Source: Macrostomum lignano (taxonomy: Eukaryota). From it: 64,000 bases of DNA. Below are positions 1 through 12,753 of this stretch, piece after piece. Location: assembly GCA_002269645.1 (NCBI GenBank), contig NIVC01000012.1, positions 1,116,001 to 1,180,000 on the forward strand, written 5' to 3'. Within the stretch, counting starts at the first letter, position 1. Every line of letters starts with the position of its first letter. A model generated the notes under the pieces. It did not search any database. It saw only the letters and a list, made by a program, of their open reading frames with translations, and was not told the origin of the DNA. The translations under genes were made by a program, and so were the position numbers.

Positions 1-18
1 AAATGATCCTATCGAAAT

Positions 19-1145
19 AGACAGGTAGATATGGTCACTAAGACAGGTAGATACAGACACTAAAACAGGTAGATATGGTCACTAAGACAGGTAGATATGG
101 TCACTAAGACAGGTAGATATAAACACTAAGACAGGTAGATATGGTCACTAAAACAGGTAGATATGGTCACTAAGACAGGTAGATACAGACACTGAGACAG
201 GTAGATATAGACACTAAGACAGGTAGATATGGTCACTAAGACAGGTAGATACAGACACTGAGACAGGTAGATATAGACACTAAGACAGGTAGATATGGTC
301 ACTAAGACAGGTAGATACAGACACTAAAACAGGTAGATATGGTCACTAAGACAGGTAGATATGGTCACTAAGACAGGTAGATATAAACACTAAGACAGGT
401 AGATATGGTCACTAAGACAGGTAGATACAGACACTGAGACAGGTAGATATAGACACTAAGACAGGTAGATATGGTCACTAAGACAGGTAGATATGGTCAC
501 TAAGACAGGTAGATATGGTCACTAAGACAGGTAGATATGGTCACTAAGACAGGTAGATACAGACACTAAGACAGGTAGATACAGAAGACAGGTAGATACA
601 GACACTAAGACAGGTAGATATGGTCACTAAGACAGGTAGATACAGACACTGAGACAGGTAGATATGGTCACTAAGACAGGTAGATATAGACACTAAGACA
701 GGTAGATATGGTCACTAAAACAGGTAGATATGGTCACTAAGACAGGTAGATATGGTCACTAAGACAGGTAGATACAGACACTAAGACAGGTAGATACAGA
801 AGACAGGTAGATACAGACTGTAAGACAGGTAGATACAGACACTAAGACAGGTAGATATGGTCACTAAGACAGGTAGATATGGTCACTAAGACAGGTAGAT
901 ACAGACACTGAGACAGGTAGATACAGACACTGAGACAGGTAGATACAGACACTGAGACAGGTAGATACAGACACTGAGACAGGTAGATACAGACACTGAG
1001 ACAGGTAGATATGGTCACTAAGACAGGTAGATATAGACACTAAGACAGGTAGATATGGACACTAAGACAGGTAGATACAGACACTAAGCAAGGTAGATAC
1101 AGACACTAAGACAGGTAGATGTGGTCACTAAGACAGGTAGATATG
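19..1145 (+). repeat. 22-bp minisatellite (ACTAAGACAGGTAGATATGGTC and variants) in a TOP2 intron
   Basis: About 50 tandem units read directly; the array stops ~45 nt before the CAG acceptor at 1189-1191. Confidence 0.95.
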
Positions 1146-1191
1146 GAAAATAAGATGTTTGCTATATCCCATTCGTTACACAACCCGCCAG

Positions 1192-4100
1192 GTGGCTCAA
1201 CTAGCTGGCTCAGTGTCGGAGATCTCGGCCTATCACCACGGCGAAGCCTCTCTAGTGGGCACCATCATCAATTTAGCGCAGGACTTTGTCGGCTCCAACA
1301 ATCTCAACCTGCTGATGCCGAACGGTCAGTTCGGCTCGCGTCTCCAGGGTGGCAAAGATGCTGCCGCGGCTCGTTATATCCACACCTGCCTGTCGCCTTT
1401 GGCTAGGATTATTTTTAATCCGAATGACGAACCGATGCTCGAGTACAATGTGGACGATAATCAACGGGTTGAGCCCGTCTGGTAAGCTCCTTGGATAGAT
1501 GCGTTTGCAGTTGGAATCTACTTTAAAACAATATTATAATAGGTTAACATCCAGAAATAGAAATAAGGTTTAAAACAAACAATCCTTCTTCACTTTATTA
1601 ATTGATTTTAGAAGCACTCTAGCAACAAGTTTAGCACCCTAGTAGCAATGTTATTAGCGCCCTAGCAACAAGATTATTAGCGCCCTAGTAGCAATGTTAA
1701 TAGCGCCCTAGCAACAAGGTTATTAGCGCCCTAGTAGCAATGTTATTAGCGCCCTAGCAACAAGGTTATTAGCGCCCTAGTAGCAATGTTTTTAGCGCCC
1801 TAGCAACAAGGTTATTAGCGCCCTAGCAACAAGGTTTTTAGCGCCCTAGTAGCAATGTTATTAGCGCCCTAGCAACAAGGTTTTTAGCGCCCTAGCAACA
1901 AGGTTATTAGCGCCCTAGCAACAAGGTTTTTAGCGCCCTAGCAACAAGGTTATTAGCGTCCTAGCAACAAGGTTATTAGCGCCCTAGCAACAATGTTATT
2001 AGCGCCCTAGCAACAAGGTTATTAGCGCCCTAGTAGCAATGTTATTAGCGCCCTAGCAACAATGTTATTAGCGCCCTAGCAACAAGGTTATTAGCGCCCT
2101 AGCAACAATATTATTAGCGCCCTAGCAACAAGGTTATTAGCGCCCTAGTAGCAATGTTATTAGCGCCCTAGCAACAATGTTATTAGCGCCCTAGCAACAA
2201 GGTTATTAGCGCCCTAGCAACAATATTATTAGCGCCCTAGCAACAAGGTTATTAGCGCCCTAGTAGCAATGTTATTAGCGCCCTAGCAACAATGTTATTA
2301 GCGCCCTAGCAACAAGGTTATTAGCGCCCTAGCAACAAGGTTATTAGCGCTCTAGCAACAAGGTTATTAGCGCCCTAGCAACAAGGTTATTAGCGCTCTA
2401 GGAACAAGGTTATTAGCGCCCTAGCAACCAGGTTAGTTACTGTAGCAACAAGTTTGCCTCTAATAACCCTTAAAAAGCCATCTACGATTCCTGCGCCCAG
2501 GTACATCCCCATCATCCCAATGGTGCTCATCAACGGAGCGGACGGCATCGGCACCGGCTGGAGCACCAAAATCCCCAACTATTCGGTGGATGACGTCATT
2601 GCTAATCTGCGTCGAATGCTGCGAGACGAGGAGCCGCGCGACATGCTGCCATCGTATCGAGGCTTCACCGGCATCATCAGGCAGACCGACGCCCAGCGCT
2701 ACGTTTCCTACGGCGAGGTTCGAACTTTCGGCGACGCTAACGTTGTTGAAATCACCGAGTTGCCAGTGAAGGTGTGGAGCGAACCCTACCAGGACTCGGT
2801 GCTGAAAGTCGGCGTTGAAGGCGGCGACGGAGCCGGCGGAGGCGCCGGCGGCAAGAAGAAAACGGACAGGAAGGAGAGCAAGCCCAACGAGCAGCTGCTT
2901 GAGGATTTCAATAATTATTGCTCGGATACTCACGTTCGATTGGTGGTTAAGCTGAAACCTGAGCAGATGGCCAATGCCCGGCAGGTCGGGCTGCACAAGT
3001 ACTTTAAGCTGCAGAACACCTTCAGCACCAGCTCTATGGTGCTGTTCGATAGGAACTGCTGTCTGAAGCGGTGAGTTTGGAATGAGGGGGATTTCTGGTT
3101 TTGGGATTTTATGGTAGATTTTTTAATAGGGGAGATTTCTGATTTGGGATTTTATGGTAGATTTTTTAATAGGGGAGATTCTGATTGGGGATTTTATGGT
3201 AGATTTTTTAATAGGGGAGATTTCTGATTGGGGATTTTTATGTAAAGATTTCGTAATTGGGGAGAATTCTGATTGAGGATTTTACTTAAGAGCTAAGTTT
3301 GTAATGGAGAGATTTCTAATTTATTATTAAAATTTATTCAAGATTTTTTCCATTCTTTCCAATGCCGCTCCAGCTACGACTCGGTGCTGGACATCCTGCG
3401 CGAGTTCTACAGCCTCCGCTTGGAATGGTACGAGAAGCGCAAAGCCTACCTGCTGGGCCGCCTCGGCTCCGAGTCCCTGCTGCTAGACAACCAGGCCAGG
3501 TTCGTCCAGGAGAAGATTGACAACCTGATCCGCATTGAGAACGTGGCGAAGAAGAAGATAGTGGCCATCCTAGTTGAGCGAGGTTACGATTCTGACCCGG
3601 TGAAAGCCTGGCGCTCCCAGCAGCCCTACTATCAGCAGTTACAGCAGATTGCTAAGTCTGCCGGCACCGCGGCGGCTGGCGCAGACGAGGACGCTGCCAC
3701 GGCTGACGATGATGATGATGAAGCTGCAGCCGCGGATGCTGGCCAATCCGTTGCCGACTTCGACTACATCCTCCGCATGCCGCTGTGGTCGCTGACTCTC
3801 GAACGGAAAGAGAAGTTATTAAAAGATCGAGCCGACAAGGCCGAGCAGATGCGCGTGCTGCGAGCTAAAACGCCCAAGGATCTCTGGAGTGAAGATCTGG
3901 ACGAGCTGGAAGCTAAAATGCGCCAGATCGGGGAGGAGACGGCCAAGGCCGATCGCAAAGCCGCTCGAGGCAAAGCGAAACGCGCCGGTTCCGACGATGA
4001 CGACTTCGAGTCGGATGGGGACGACAGCGGAGAGGAGTACGGCAAGAAGAAGAAGCCTAAGAAGGTTAATGATGATTGCTTGCATGAAATAACTATTCCG

Positions 4101-5673
4101 AAATATCCCATTATCAAATATCCCCAATCAGAAATATCCCAATCAGAAATATCCCATTTAAAAATAAAATCCCCAATTATAGATCTCACTATTTAAAAAT
4201 CCCCAATCAGAAATTTCCCATTTCAAAATCCCCAATCTGAAATCTCCCATTTCAAAATCCCCAATCAGAAATATTCCATTTAAAAATAAAATCCCCAATT
4301 ATAGATCCCACTATTTCAAAATCCCCAATCAGAAATATCCCATTTAAAAATCCCCAATCATAGATCTCCTATTTAAAAATCCCCAATCAGAAATTTCCCA
4401 TTTAAAAATCCCCAATCAGAAATCTCCCATTTCAAAATCCCCAATCAGAACTCTCCCATTACAAAATCCCCAATCATAAATCTCCCATTTCAAAATCCCC
4501 AATCAGAACTCTCCCATTACAAAATCCCCAATCATAAATCTCCCATTTCAAAATCCCCAATCATAGATCTCCCATTTAAAATCCCCAATCAGAAATTTCC
4601 CATTTAAAATCCCCAATCAGAAATTTCCCTTTTAAAATCCCCAATCAGAAATCTCCCATTCAAAAATCCTCAATCAGAAATCTCCCATTCAAAAATCCTC
4701 AATCAGAAATTTCCCATTTTAAAATCCTTAATAAAAAATATCCCATTCTAAAGGCTCATTCGAAACCGTCTCTAAAATGCAACTCTATAAATATCCCAAT
4801 GTGCATATGAGTCGCTAGTCACCAATTCCTCACCCAACTCTCTTCTAGAAGCCAGCCGGCAAGAAAGCTGGCAAAGGCGCCGCCGGAGCCGCTATCGAGC
4901 TGCCGCGAGTGTCGCCAACTGTGGTCGAGCCGGCCATGGAGGAGCCGGCCAAACCAAAGCAGCCGCGGGCGCCGAAGGCTCCAAAAGCCGCCAAAGAGCC
5001 GAAGGACTCATCTAAGCAGTTGAAGCTCAGCGACATGGGCGTCAGCGTTGGCAAGCAGGCGGCAGCTAGCAAAAAGACAAAGAAATCAGACGATCCGTTC
5101 GCCAGCAGCAGCGACGACAATGACGAAACTGACGAGAAAGTGAAGCTGCCGCTGTGGAAACGCGTCAGCCTGTCCAAGCCGGAGGCTGCCGCAGATCTGG
5201 CCGAATTCGCTGGCGCCTCATCATCGGCTGGCACTACCGAAACTGCGGCAACTACAAAGCCTAAGAAGCGAATGCTCGGCCCCAACACCTTGCCGGAGCC
5301 GGCCATGCCAGCCGCTAAAAAGCCGCGGCAGAAGAAACCGGCGGCCCCGAAAGCCGACAAAGATGACAAGAAAAAGTCGAAACCGAAAGCGACAAAGAAG
5401 AGTAAGAAGGCAATGTGGGGTAGCAGCGATGACGACAATACCTCAGCTTCTAGCGACGCTAACGACTCCGACAATGTCGGCGCATCCGACAACGATGATG
5501 AGGGAGGCGAGGCCGCCGGTTCGCCGCCGCCGCCGCCGCGCGAACGAACGGAACGTCGAGGAGCCGCCGCCAAAGCAAAGTACGTGTTCGACGACAGCTC
5601 AGAGGACGATGACAACCAAATGGCCGGCGGCGGCAGGAAGCGTCGTGATAGTCTGGATTCAGTGGACGATTGA
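1192..5673 (+). CDS. TOP2: DNA topoisomerase II, 3' portion (exons 1192-1481, 2501-3070, 3374-4064, 4849-5673); 5' exons lie outside the window
   Basis: The spliced translation VAQLAGSV..YHHGE..NLAQDFVGSNN..GQFGSRLQGGKDAAAARY (catalytic Tyr)..EPVW|YIPIIPMVLINGADGIGTGWS..CLKR|YDSVLDILREF..RGYDSDPVKAW matches eukaryotic type IIA topoisomerase, followed by a K/D/S-rich C-terminal tail. All introns are GT-AG with compatible phases; stop TGA at 5671-5673. Confidence 0.96.
1620..2445 (+). repeat. 23-bp minisatellite (AGCGCCCTAGCAACAAGGTTATT) in TOP2 intron 1482-2500
   Basis: About 35 tandem units seen directly. Confidence 0.95.
3085..3295 (+). repeat. ~43-bp tandem repeat (core GGGAGATTTCTGATTGGGGATTTT) in TOP2 intron 3071-3373
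   Basis: 4-5 degenerate units; the core is the reverse complement of the repeat in the next intron. Confidence 0.85.
4100..4750 (+). repeat. ~27-28-bp minisatellite (AAAATCCCCAATCAGAAATCTCCCATTT) in TOP2 intron 4065-4848
   Basis: About 22 tandem units seen directly. Confidence 0.9.
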
Positions 5674-6546
5674 AGTCGCAAATCAATAACAAAATATTCA
5701 AACTCGTTATTCTCATAAATCTATTAACCAATTTATGGTTTGTTTGTCATGGAGATTAAAAACATCTTAAAATTATTTATCTACTACTCATAGCAAATGT
5801 CTAGGTTGTAGTAGTATGATTAGGAAACTTTTTATAAGTCTTTAATCCCCTTGACAAGCCTGATTAATTATCTGACAATTTAATTACTCAGTTTGCATTA
5901 TTGTTCAAACGTTTCTGTTGTGTATTTCTGTTATTTTTCTAATTTTTTGTGTTGCTCAAATAGTCTCAATTGTAAACCATATTTTGGTAATCAGACGTAC
6001 AATTATGTACGTTGCGTTTTCGCTATTATATATTATTAACTTTTACTTTTTAATTCTGTGCGTTTTTACTTTATCTACTCGCATGTGTTTCGCTTTTTCA
6101 GCTTTTTTGTTTATCTTAATAATGTTACTAATAAGTAGGCAAATGCGCTTGTGAACTGAGTTTTCCAAATCTATGCCAAATAAGTAGTATAATTAACAGC
6201 TTGTGTATTTAAATATTATTTACCAATCGGTGCATTTTTGCTAAAAAACACAACAACCGCTTCTCCATTTTTCTATTATTTTGTACTAAGCGCGTTTCTC
6301 AAGTCTCAAGGTGCTAAATGTACTTTATTTATTTAGTCAAATAACAATTAAATTTTTTTAATAATACTGTGCGTAGTAACAAATTAGCACGTTGCTAACA
6401 TCACTGCTGTTGCGTTTACAAATAAAATTATTATTAATTTTAATTTTGTCGCGGGAAAATGCCTTTTTTATGTTGAATTCATGCTTTGTCTTTAATTTAG
6501 AAGTTAAGGTTAGAAGCTTGTAAATTTTAAATGAGTTCTTAATAGT

Positions 6547-9345
6547 AAAGGGATCGTGAATGTGCTAGAAGGGATCGTGAATGTGCTAGAAGGGATCGTG
6601 AATGTGCTAGAACTAGAAGGGATCGTGAATGTGCTAGAAGGGATCGTGAATGTGCTAGAACTAGAAGGGATCGTGAATGTGCTAGAAGGGATCGTGAATG
6701 TGCTTTGCTAGAAGGGATCGTGAATGTGCTATGCTAGAAGGGATCGTGAATGTGCTATGCTAGAAGGGATCGTGAATGTGCTATGCTAGAAGGGATCGTG
6801 AATGTGCTATGCTAGAAGGGATCGTGAATGTGCTATGCTAGAAGGGATCGTGAATGTGCTATGCTAGAAGGGATCGTGAATGTGCTAGAAGGGATCGTGA
6901 ATGTGCTAGAAGGGATCGTAAATGTGCTAAAAGGGATCGTGAATGTACTAAAAAGGATCGTGAATGTGCTAGAAGGGATCGTGAATGTGCTAGAAGGGAT
7001 CGTGAATGCGCTATGCTTCAAGGGATCGTGAATGTGCTAGAAGGGATCGTGAATGTGCTAGAAGGGATCGTGAATGTGCTTTGCTAGAAGGGATCGTGAA
7101 TGTGCTTTGCTAGAAGGGATCGTGAATGTGCTATGCTAGAAGGGATCGTGAATGTGCTATGCTAGAAGGGATCGTGAATGTGCTATGCTAGAAGGGATCG
7201 TGAATGTGCTAGAAGGGATCGTGAATGTGCTAGAAGGGATCGTGAATGTGCTAGAACTAGAAGGGATCGTGAATGTGCTAGAAGGGATCGTGAATGTGCT
7301 AGAACTAGAAGGGATCGTGAATGTGCTAGAAGGGATCGTGAATGTGCTTTGCTAGAAGGGATCGTGAATGTGCTATGCTAGAAGGGATCGTGAATGTGCT
7401 ATGCTAGAAGGGATCGTGAATGTGCTATGCTAGAAGGGATCGTGAATGTGCTATGCTAGAAGGGATCGTGAATGTGCTATGCTAGAAGGGATCGTGAATG
7501 TGCTATGCTAGAAGGGATCGTGAATGTGCTAGAAGGGATCGTGAATGTGCTAGAAGGGATCGTGAATGTGCTAGAAGGGATCGTAAATGTGCTAAAAGGG
7601 ATCGTGAATGTACTAAAAAGGATCGTGAATGTGCTAGAAGGGATCGTGAATGTGCTAGAAGGGATCGTGAATGCGCTATGCTTCAAGGGATCGTGAATGT
7701 GCTAGAAGGGATCGTGAATGTGCTAGAAGGGATCGTGAATGTGCTTTGCTAGAAGGGATCGTGAATGTGCTTTGCTAGAAGGGATCGTGAATGTGCTATG
7801 CTAGAAGGGATCGTGAATGTGCTATGCTAGAAGGGATCGTGAATGTGCTATGCTAGAAGGGATCGTGAATGTGCTAGAAGGGATCGTGAATGTGCTAGAA
7901 GGGATCGTGAATGTGCTAGAACTAGAAGGGATCGTGAATGTGCTAGAAGGGATCGTGAATGTGCTAGAACTAGAAGGGATCGTGAATGTGCTAGAAGGGA
8001 TCGTGAATGTGCTTTGCTAGAAGGGATCGTGAATGTGCTATGCTAGAAGGGATCGTGCATGTGCTATGCTAGAAGGGATCGTGAATGTGCTATGCTAGAA
8101 GGGATCGTGAATGTGCTATGCTAGAAGGGATCGTGAATGTGCTATGCTAGAAGGGATCGTGAATGTGCTAGAAGGGATCGTGAATGTGCTAGAAGGGATC
8201 GTGAATGTGCTAGAAGGGATCGTAAATGTGCTAAAAGGGATCGTGAATGTACTAAAAAGGATCGTGAATGTGCTAGAAGGGATCGTGAATGTGCTAGAAG
8301 GGATCGTGAATGCGCTATGCTTCAAGGGATCGTGAATGTGCTAGAAGGGATCGTGAATGTGCTAGAAGGGATCGTGAATGTGCTTTGCTAGAAGGGATCG
8401 TGAATGTGCTTTGCTAGAAGGGATCGTGAATGTGCTATGCTAGAAGGGATCGTGAATGTGCTATGCTAGAAGGGATCGTGAATGTGCTATGCTAGAAGGG
8501 ATCGTGAATGTGCTAGAAGGGATCGTGAATGTGCTAGAAGGGATCGTGAATGTGCTAGAACTAGAAGGGATCGTGAATGTGCTAGAAGGGATCGTGAATG
8601 TGCTAGAACTAGAAGGGATCGTGAATGTGCTAGAAGGGATCGTGAATGTGCTTTGCTAGAAGGGATCGTGAATGTGCTATGCTAGAAGGGATCGTGCATG
8701 TGCTATGCTAGAAGGGATCGTGAATGTGCTATGCTAGAAGGGATCGTGAATGTGCTATGCTAGAAGGGATCGTGAATGTGCTATGCTAGAAGGGATCGTG
8801 AATGTGCTATGCTAGAAGGGATCGTGAATGTGCTAGAAGGGATCGTGAATGTGCTAGAAGGGATCGTAAATGTGCTAAAAGGGATCGTGAATGTACTAAA
8901 AAGGATCGTGAATGTGCTAGAAGGGATCGTGAATGTGCTAGAAGGGATCGTGAATGCGCTATGCTTCAAGGGATCGTGAATGTGCTAGAAGGGATCGTGA
9001 ATGTGCTAGAAGGGATCGTGAATGTGCTTTGCTAGAAGGGATCGTGAATGTGCTTTGCTAGAAGGGATCGTGAATGTGCTATGCTAGAAGGGATCGTGAA
9101 TGTGCTATGCTAGAAGGGATCGTGAATGTGCTATGCTAGAAGGGATCGTGAATGTGCTAGAAGGGATCGTGAATGTGCTAGAAGGGATCGTGAATGTACT
9201 AAAAAGGATCGTGAATGTGCTAGAAGGGATCGTGAATGTGCTAGAAGGGATCGTGAATGTGCTAAAAGGGATTGTGAATGTACTAAAAAGGATCGTGAAT
9301 GTGCTAGAAGGGATCGTGAATGTCCTAGAAGGGATCGTGAATGTT
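6547..9345 (+). repeat. 21/26-bp minisatellite (GAAGGGATCGTGAATGTGCTA[TGCTA]) with ~640-665-bp higher-order periodicity
   Basis: Unit read directly. Variant blocks recur at 6828/7472/8111/8776 and 7152/7817/8456/9100. The array ends ~110 nt upstream of the MPLKIP-like ATG; a CCCACAG acceptor-like site near 9437 suggests it lies in a 5'UTR intron. Confidence 0.95.
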
Positions 9346-9456
9346 AGGTTGTTTAGAAACCAAAATATAATTTTAAATGTGAATGAAGTAATGCAGATAC
9401 TAATTGATTTCCTATTTTTAAAACAAAACTCCCACAGCACTGTAAGCAGAGCCATC

Positions 9457-10128
9457 ATGAACCCGTCTGGTGGCAATAATCAGCCATCTGGTGGCTACGG
9501 CTGGTCACCAGGGACTCCCAGGTATTCAACACCTCGAGGCGGAGCTGGTCAGTTCACACCGCGTCAACCGCGTTATCATGCTGGTGGCTATTACAGCGGT
9601 GGTGGACCGGGACGAGGAGGTTCTCGAGGGAGCTTCTCAGGCAGTCCCTATGGTGGCGGTAGATCGCCGATGTTGATGCACCGGGGAGGCGGTTACAGAG
9701 GATCTAACAGCAGCAGTTACAGCAATAACAGTTACAGCAGCGGCAGTGTGTACTACACTCCGCCAACTAATAATGCTGGTGGTAACGGCGGATTTCGCTA
9801 TCATCATCATCATCAGCAGCAGCAGTCTAGTCGGGGTAGTTTCAATCGGAAACGCGACTGGTCCACCGCCTCAGGCGGGGATGGCGCCGGCAGGACTCGT
9901 TCATTCGCTAAGCCCAGCATGCTGATGGACCCCTGGGCTAATCTCGCACCTGTGCTAGTGCCAGAAGCCGGTGCCGGTGGCGTAGTTGCCGGCCTAGTAG
10001 CCAAGTCCGGTCAGACGCACACTTTCCTGACGCCAAAAGCTGCGGCCGAGGCTGCTGGAGAGACTTCTTCTTTGTCATCTGCGTTCACGTCGCCGAATTC
10101 GTTGACTTTTACTTCGTTTAATAGTTAA
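9457..10128 (+). CDS. MPLKIP: M-phase-specific PLK1-interacting protein / TTDN1-like, 223 aa
   Basis: GCCATCATG start at 9457. The G/R/S/Y/P-rich low-complexity N-terminus has SP/TP sites, and the family C-terminal motif [17 protein letters not shown] resembles the human KPSMLEDPWAGLEPV. The upstream part of track ORF 9100-10128 is repeat-derived. Confidence 0.75.
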   Translation: MNPSGGNNQPSGGYGWSPGTPRYSTPRGGAGQFTPRQPRYHAGGYYSGGGPGRGGSRGSFSGSPYGGGRSPMLMHRGGGYRGSNSSSYSNNSYSSGSVYYTPPTNNAGGNGGFRYHHHHQQQQSSRGSFNRKRDWSTASGGDGAGRTRSFAKPSMLMDPWANLAPVLVPEAGAGGVVAGLVAKSGQTHTFLTPKAAAEAAGETSSLSSAFTSPNSLTFTSFNS

Positions 10129-10410
10129 TGTGAGGGGTCATCAAAACTCTAAGAATTTAAACAAAAAAATTAAACGAGAAGTGACCGGCTGTAGAGGTGG
10201 CAATGAGGACGATAGTGGACTTTTTTGGACACGCGACTAACTACAAACTCTGTAGTTCGGCTGAAGTTCGGACATTCTCGGCCACTCACTGACTCACAGT
10301 CAACTTACAGCAGGTCACCTTTTTCGTCTGCTTTTAATATTTTTGTACGGTACAGTCTAGATGCGAATTTTATTTTGGTGACGCAAATAGTTCGGCACAT
10401 GGACGCCACA

Positions 10411-11866
10411 GCCTAAACCCAAACCTATACCCTAACCCGAACCCCCTAACCCTAAACACAAACCTATACCCTAACCCGAACCCCCTAATCCTAAACCCAA
10501 ACCTATACCCTAACCCGAACCCCCTAACCCTAAACACAAACCTATACCCTAACCCGAACCCCCTAACCCTAAACACAAACCTATACCCTAACCCGAACCC
10601 CCTAATCCTAAACCCAAACCTATACCCTAACCCGAACCCCCTAACCCTAAACACAAACCTATACCCTAACCCGAACCCCCTAACCCTAAACACAAACCTA
10701 TACCCTAACCCGAACCCCCTAACCCTAAACACAAACCTATACCCTAACCCGAACCCCCTAACCCTAAACCCAAACCTATACCCGAACCCCCTAACCCTAA
10801 ACACAAACCTATACCCTAACCCGAACCCCCTAACCCTAACCGAAAACTTTACCCTAACACAAACCTATACCCTAACCCGAACCCCCTAACCCTAAACACA
10901 AACCTATACCCTAACCCGAACCCCCTAACCCTAAACACAAACCTATACCCTAACCCGAACCCCCTAACCCTAAACCCAAACCTATACCCTAACCCGAACC
11001 CCCTAACCCTAAACCCAAACCTATACCCTAACCCGAACCCCCTAACCCTAAACACAAACCTATACCCTAACCCGAACCCCCTAACCCTAAACCCAAACCT
11101 ATACCCTAACCCGAACCCCCTAACCCTAAACACAAACCTATACCCTAACCCGAACCCCCTAACCCTAAACACAAACCTATACCCTAACCCGAACCCCCTA
11201 ACCCTAACCGAAAACTTTACCCTAACACAAACCTATACCCTAACCCGAACCCCCTAACCCTAAACACAAACCTATACCCTAACCCGAACCCCCTAACCCT
11301 AAACCCAAACCTATACCCTAACCCGAACCCCCTAACCCTAAACACAAACCTATACCCTAACCCGAACCCCCTAACCCTAAACACAAACCTATACCCTAAC
11401 CCGAACCCCCTAACCCTAAACCCAAACCTATACCCTAACCCGAAACCCCCTAACCCTAATCCAAACCTATGCCCTAACCCGAACCCCCTAACCCTAAACA
11501 CAAACCTATACCCTAACCCGAACCCCCTAACCCTAAACCCAAACCTATACCCTAACCCGAACCCCCTAACCCTAAACACAAACCTATACCCTAACCCGAA
11601 CCCCCTAACCCTAACCGAAAACTTTACCCTAACACAAACCTATACCCTAACCCGAAACCCCCTAACCCTAATCCAAACCTATGCCCTAACCCGAACCCCC
11701 TAACCCTAAACACAAACCTATACCCTAACCCGAACCCCCTAACCCTAAACCCAAACCTATACCCTAACCCGAACCCCCTAACCCTAAACACAAACCTATA
11801 CCCTGAACCCCAAAATATACCCTAAAACCTAACCTATACCCCAACCCTAAACCCAAACCTATAACC
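10411..11866. repeat. 39-bp telomere-like satellite (CCCTAACCCTAAACCCAAACCTATACCCTAACCCGAACC)
   Basis: The unit is built from CCCTAA and variant hexamers. A marker variant CCGAAAACTTTACCC recurs near 10840, 11208 and 11614. Confidence 0.92.
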
Positions 11867-12753
11867 TTTTACTACTAATTTTTGGCCATATTGATCCCAA
11901 ATAACTCGTAAATTTTGCATTTGATTGCAAACGATACATCGGTTAGGCTAATGGGTAGTGTGCCATTTTGTGTTTTTTAACTGGTGCATTTTGTGTTGTC
12001 ATTGTTATTGTGTCTGCATTGGCCATGTAGAAGTTTATGTTTAAATCCTTATAATTTAGAGATTTAAAATCCCTTAATAGGGATAATAGTAAGTCGATAG
12101 TCAGTCTATGCTAATTTAAAACAAAACTTTGTTGTTCTTATTCAAAACGTTTTGTATTGTACGTCAAGTAAGACTACTTGATTTATTTATCAATTCTGTA
12201 CAGTTCTGCAGTATGTTTTTTCGGACTGTTTGTTCTCATTAATGCACATCTGAATTCATAAATATATACAAAATAACAAAATATTAAATTGAACGCATCA
12301 TTTATTTAACTTCGCTACAATAGAAATTTGATGTTTGTTTTTAAAAAATGTAAAGATGAATTTACTCTCAAAAAACGAAAATAGCGAAAACGCTAATTTA
12401 GCTACTGAAAAGAGGAAAGTAGGAAAAAGCGCATTTTTCGTTATTTTAGACATACTTAGCTATTCTTAAGTGTCTATGAGTTTACTTTATTATGGTTGTA
12501 AACGCAGCTTTAGCACTAAAAGACATAAACAATCAGACTTTATCTTATCTGTACCAAAGCATTAAAACTGGATCGAAATAGACAGTTTATTTTGAAGAAA
12601 AAAACTACCAAAAAGTTTTTTTGCTACTTGCTTGATAATTTCAGTTGGCAGTAAATAATTTAAACTGAATAAAGATTTACTAATCGTCTCAAATCCGTCC
12701 GTTGTGCGACAGGTGCTCCGAGCTGTTATTAAATTAGTGAACAAACAAAGACT

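Noticed and set aside
10204-10416. Short ORF downstream of MPLKIP
   Set aside because: About 70 codons with no recognisable motif or splice support; probably 3'UTR or intergenic.
10411-11866. True telomere or chromosome end
   Set aside because: It is flanked by genes on both sides and the unit is a 39-bp derivative, not pure (TTAGGG)n.
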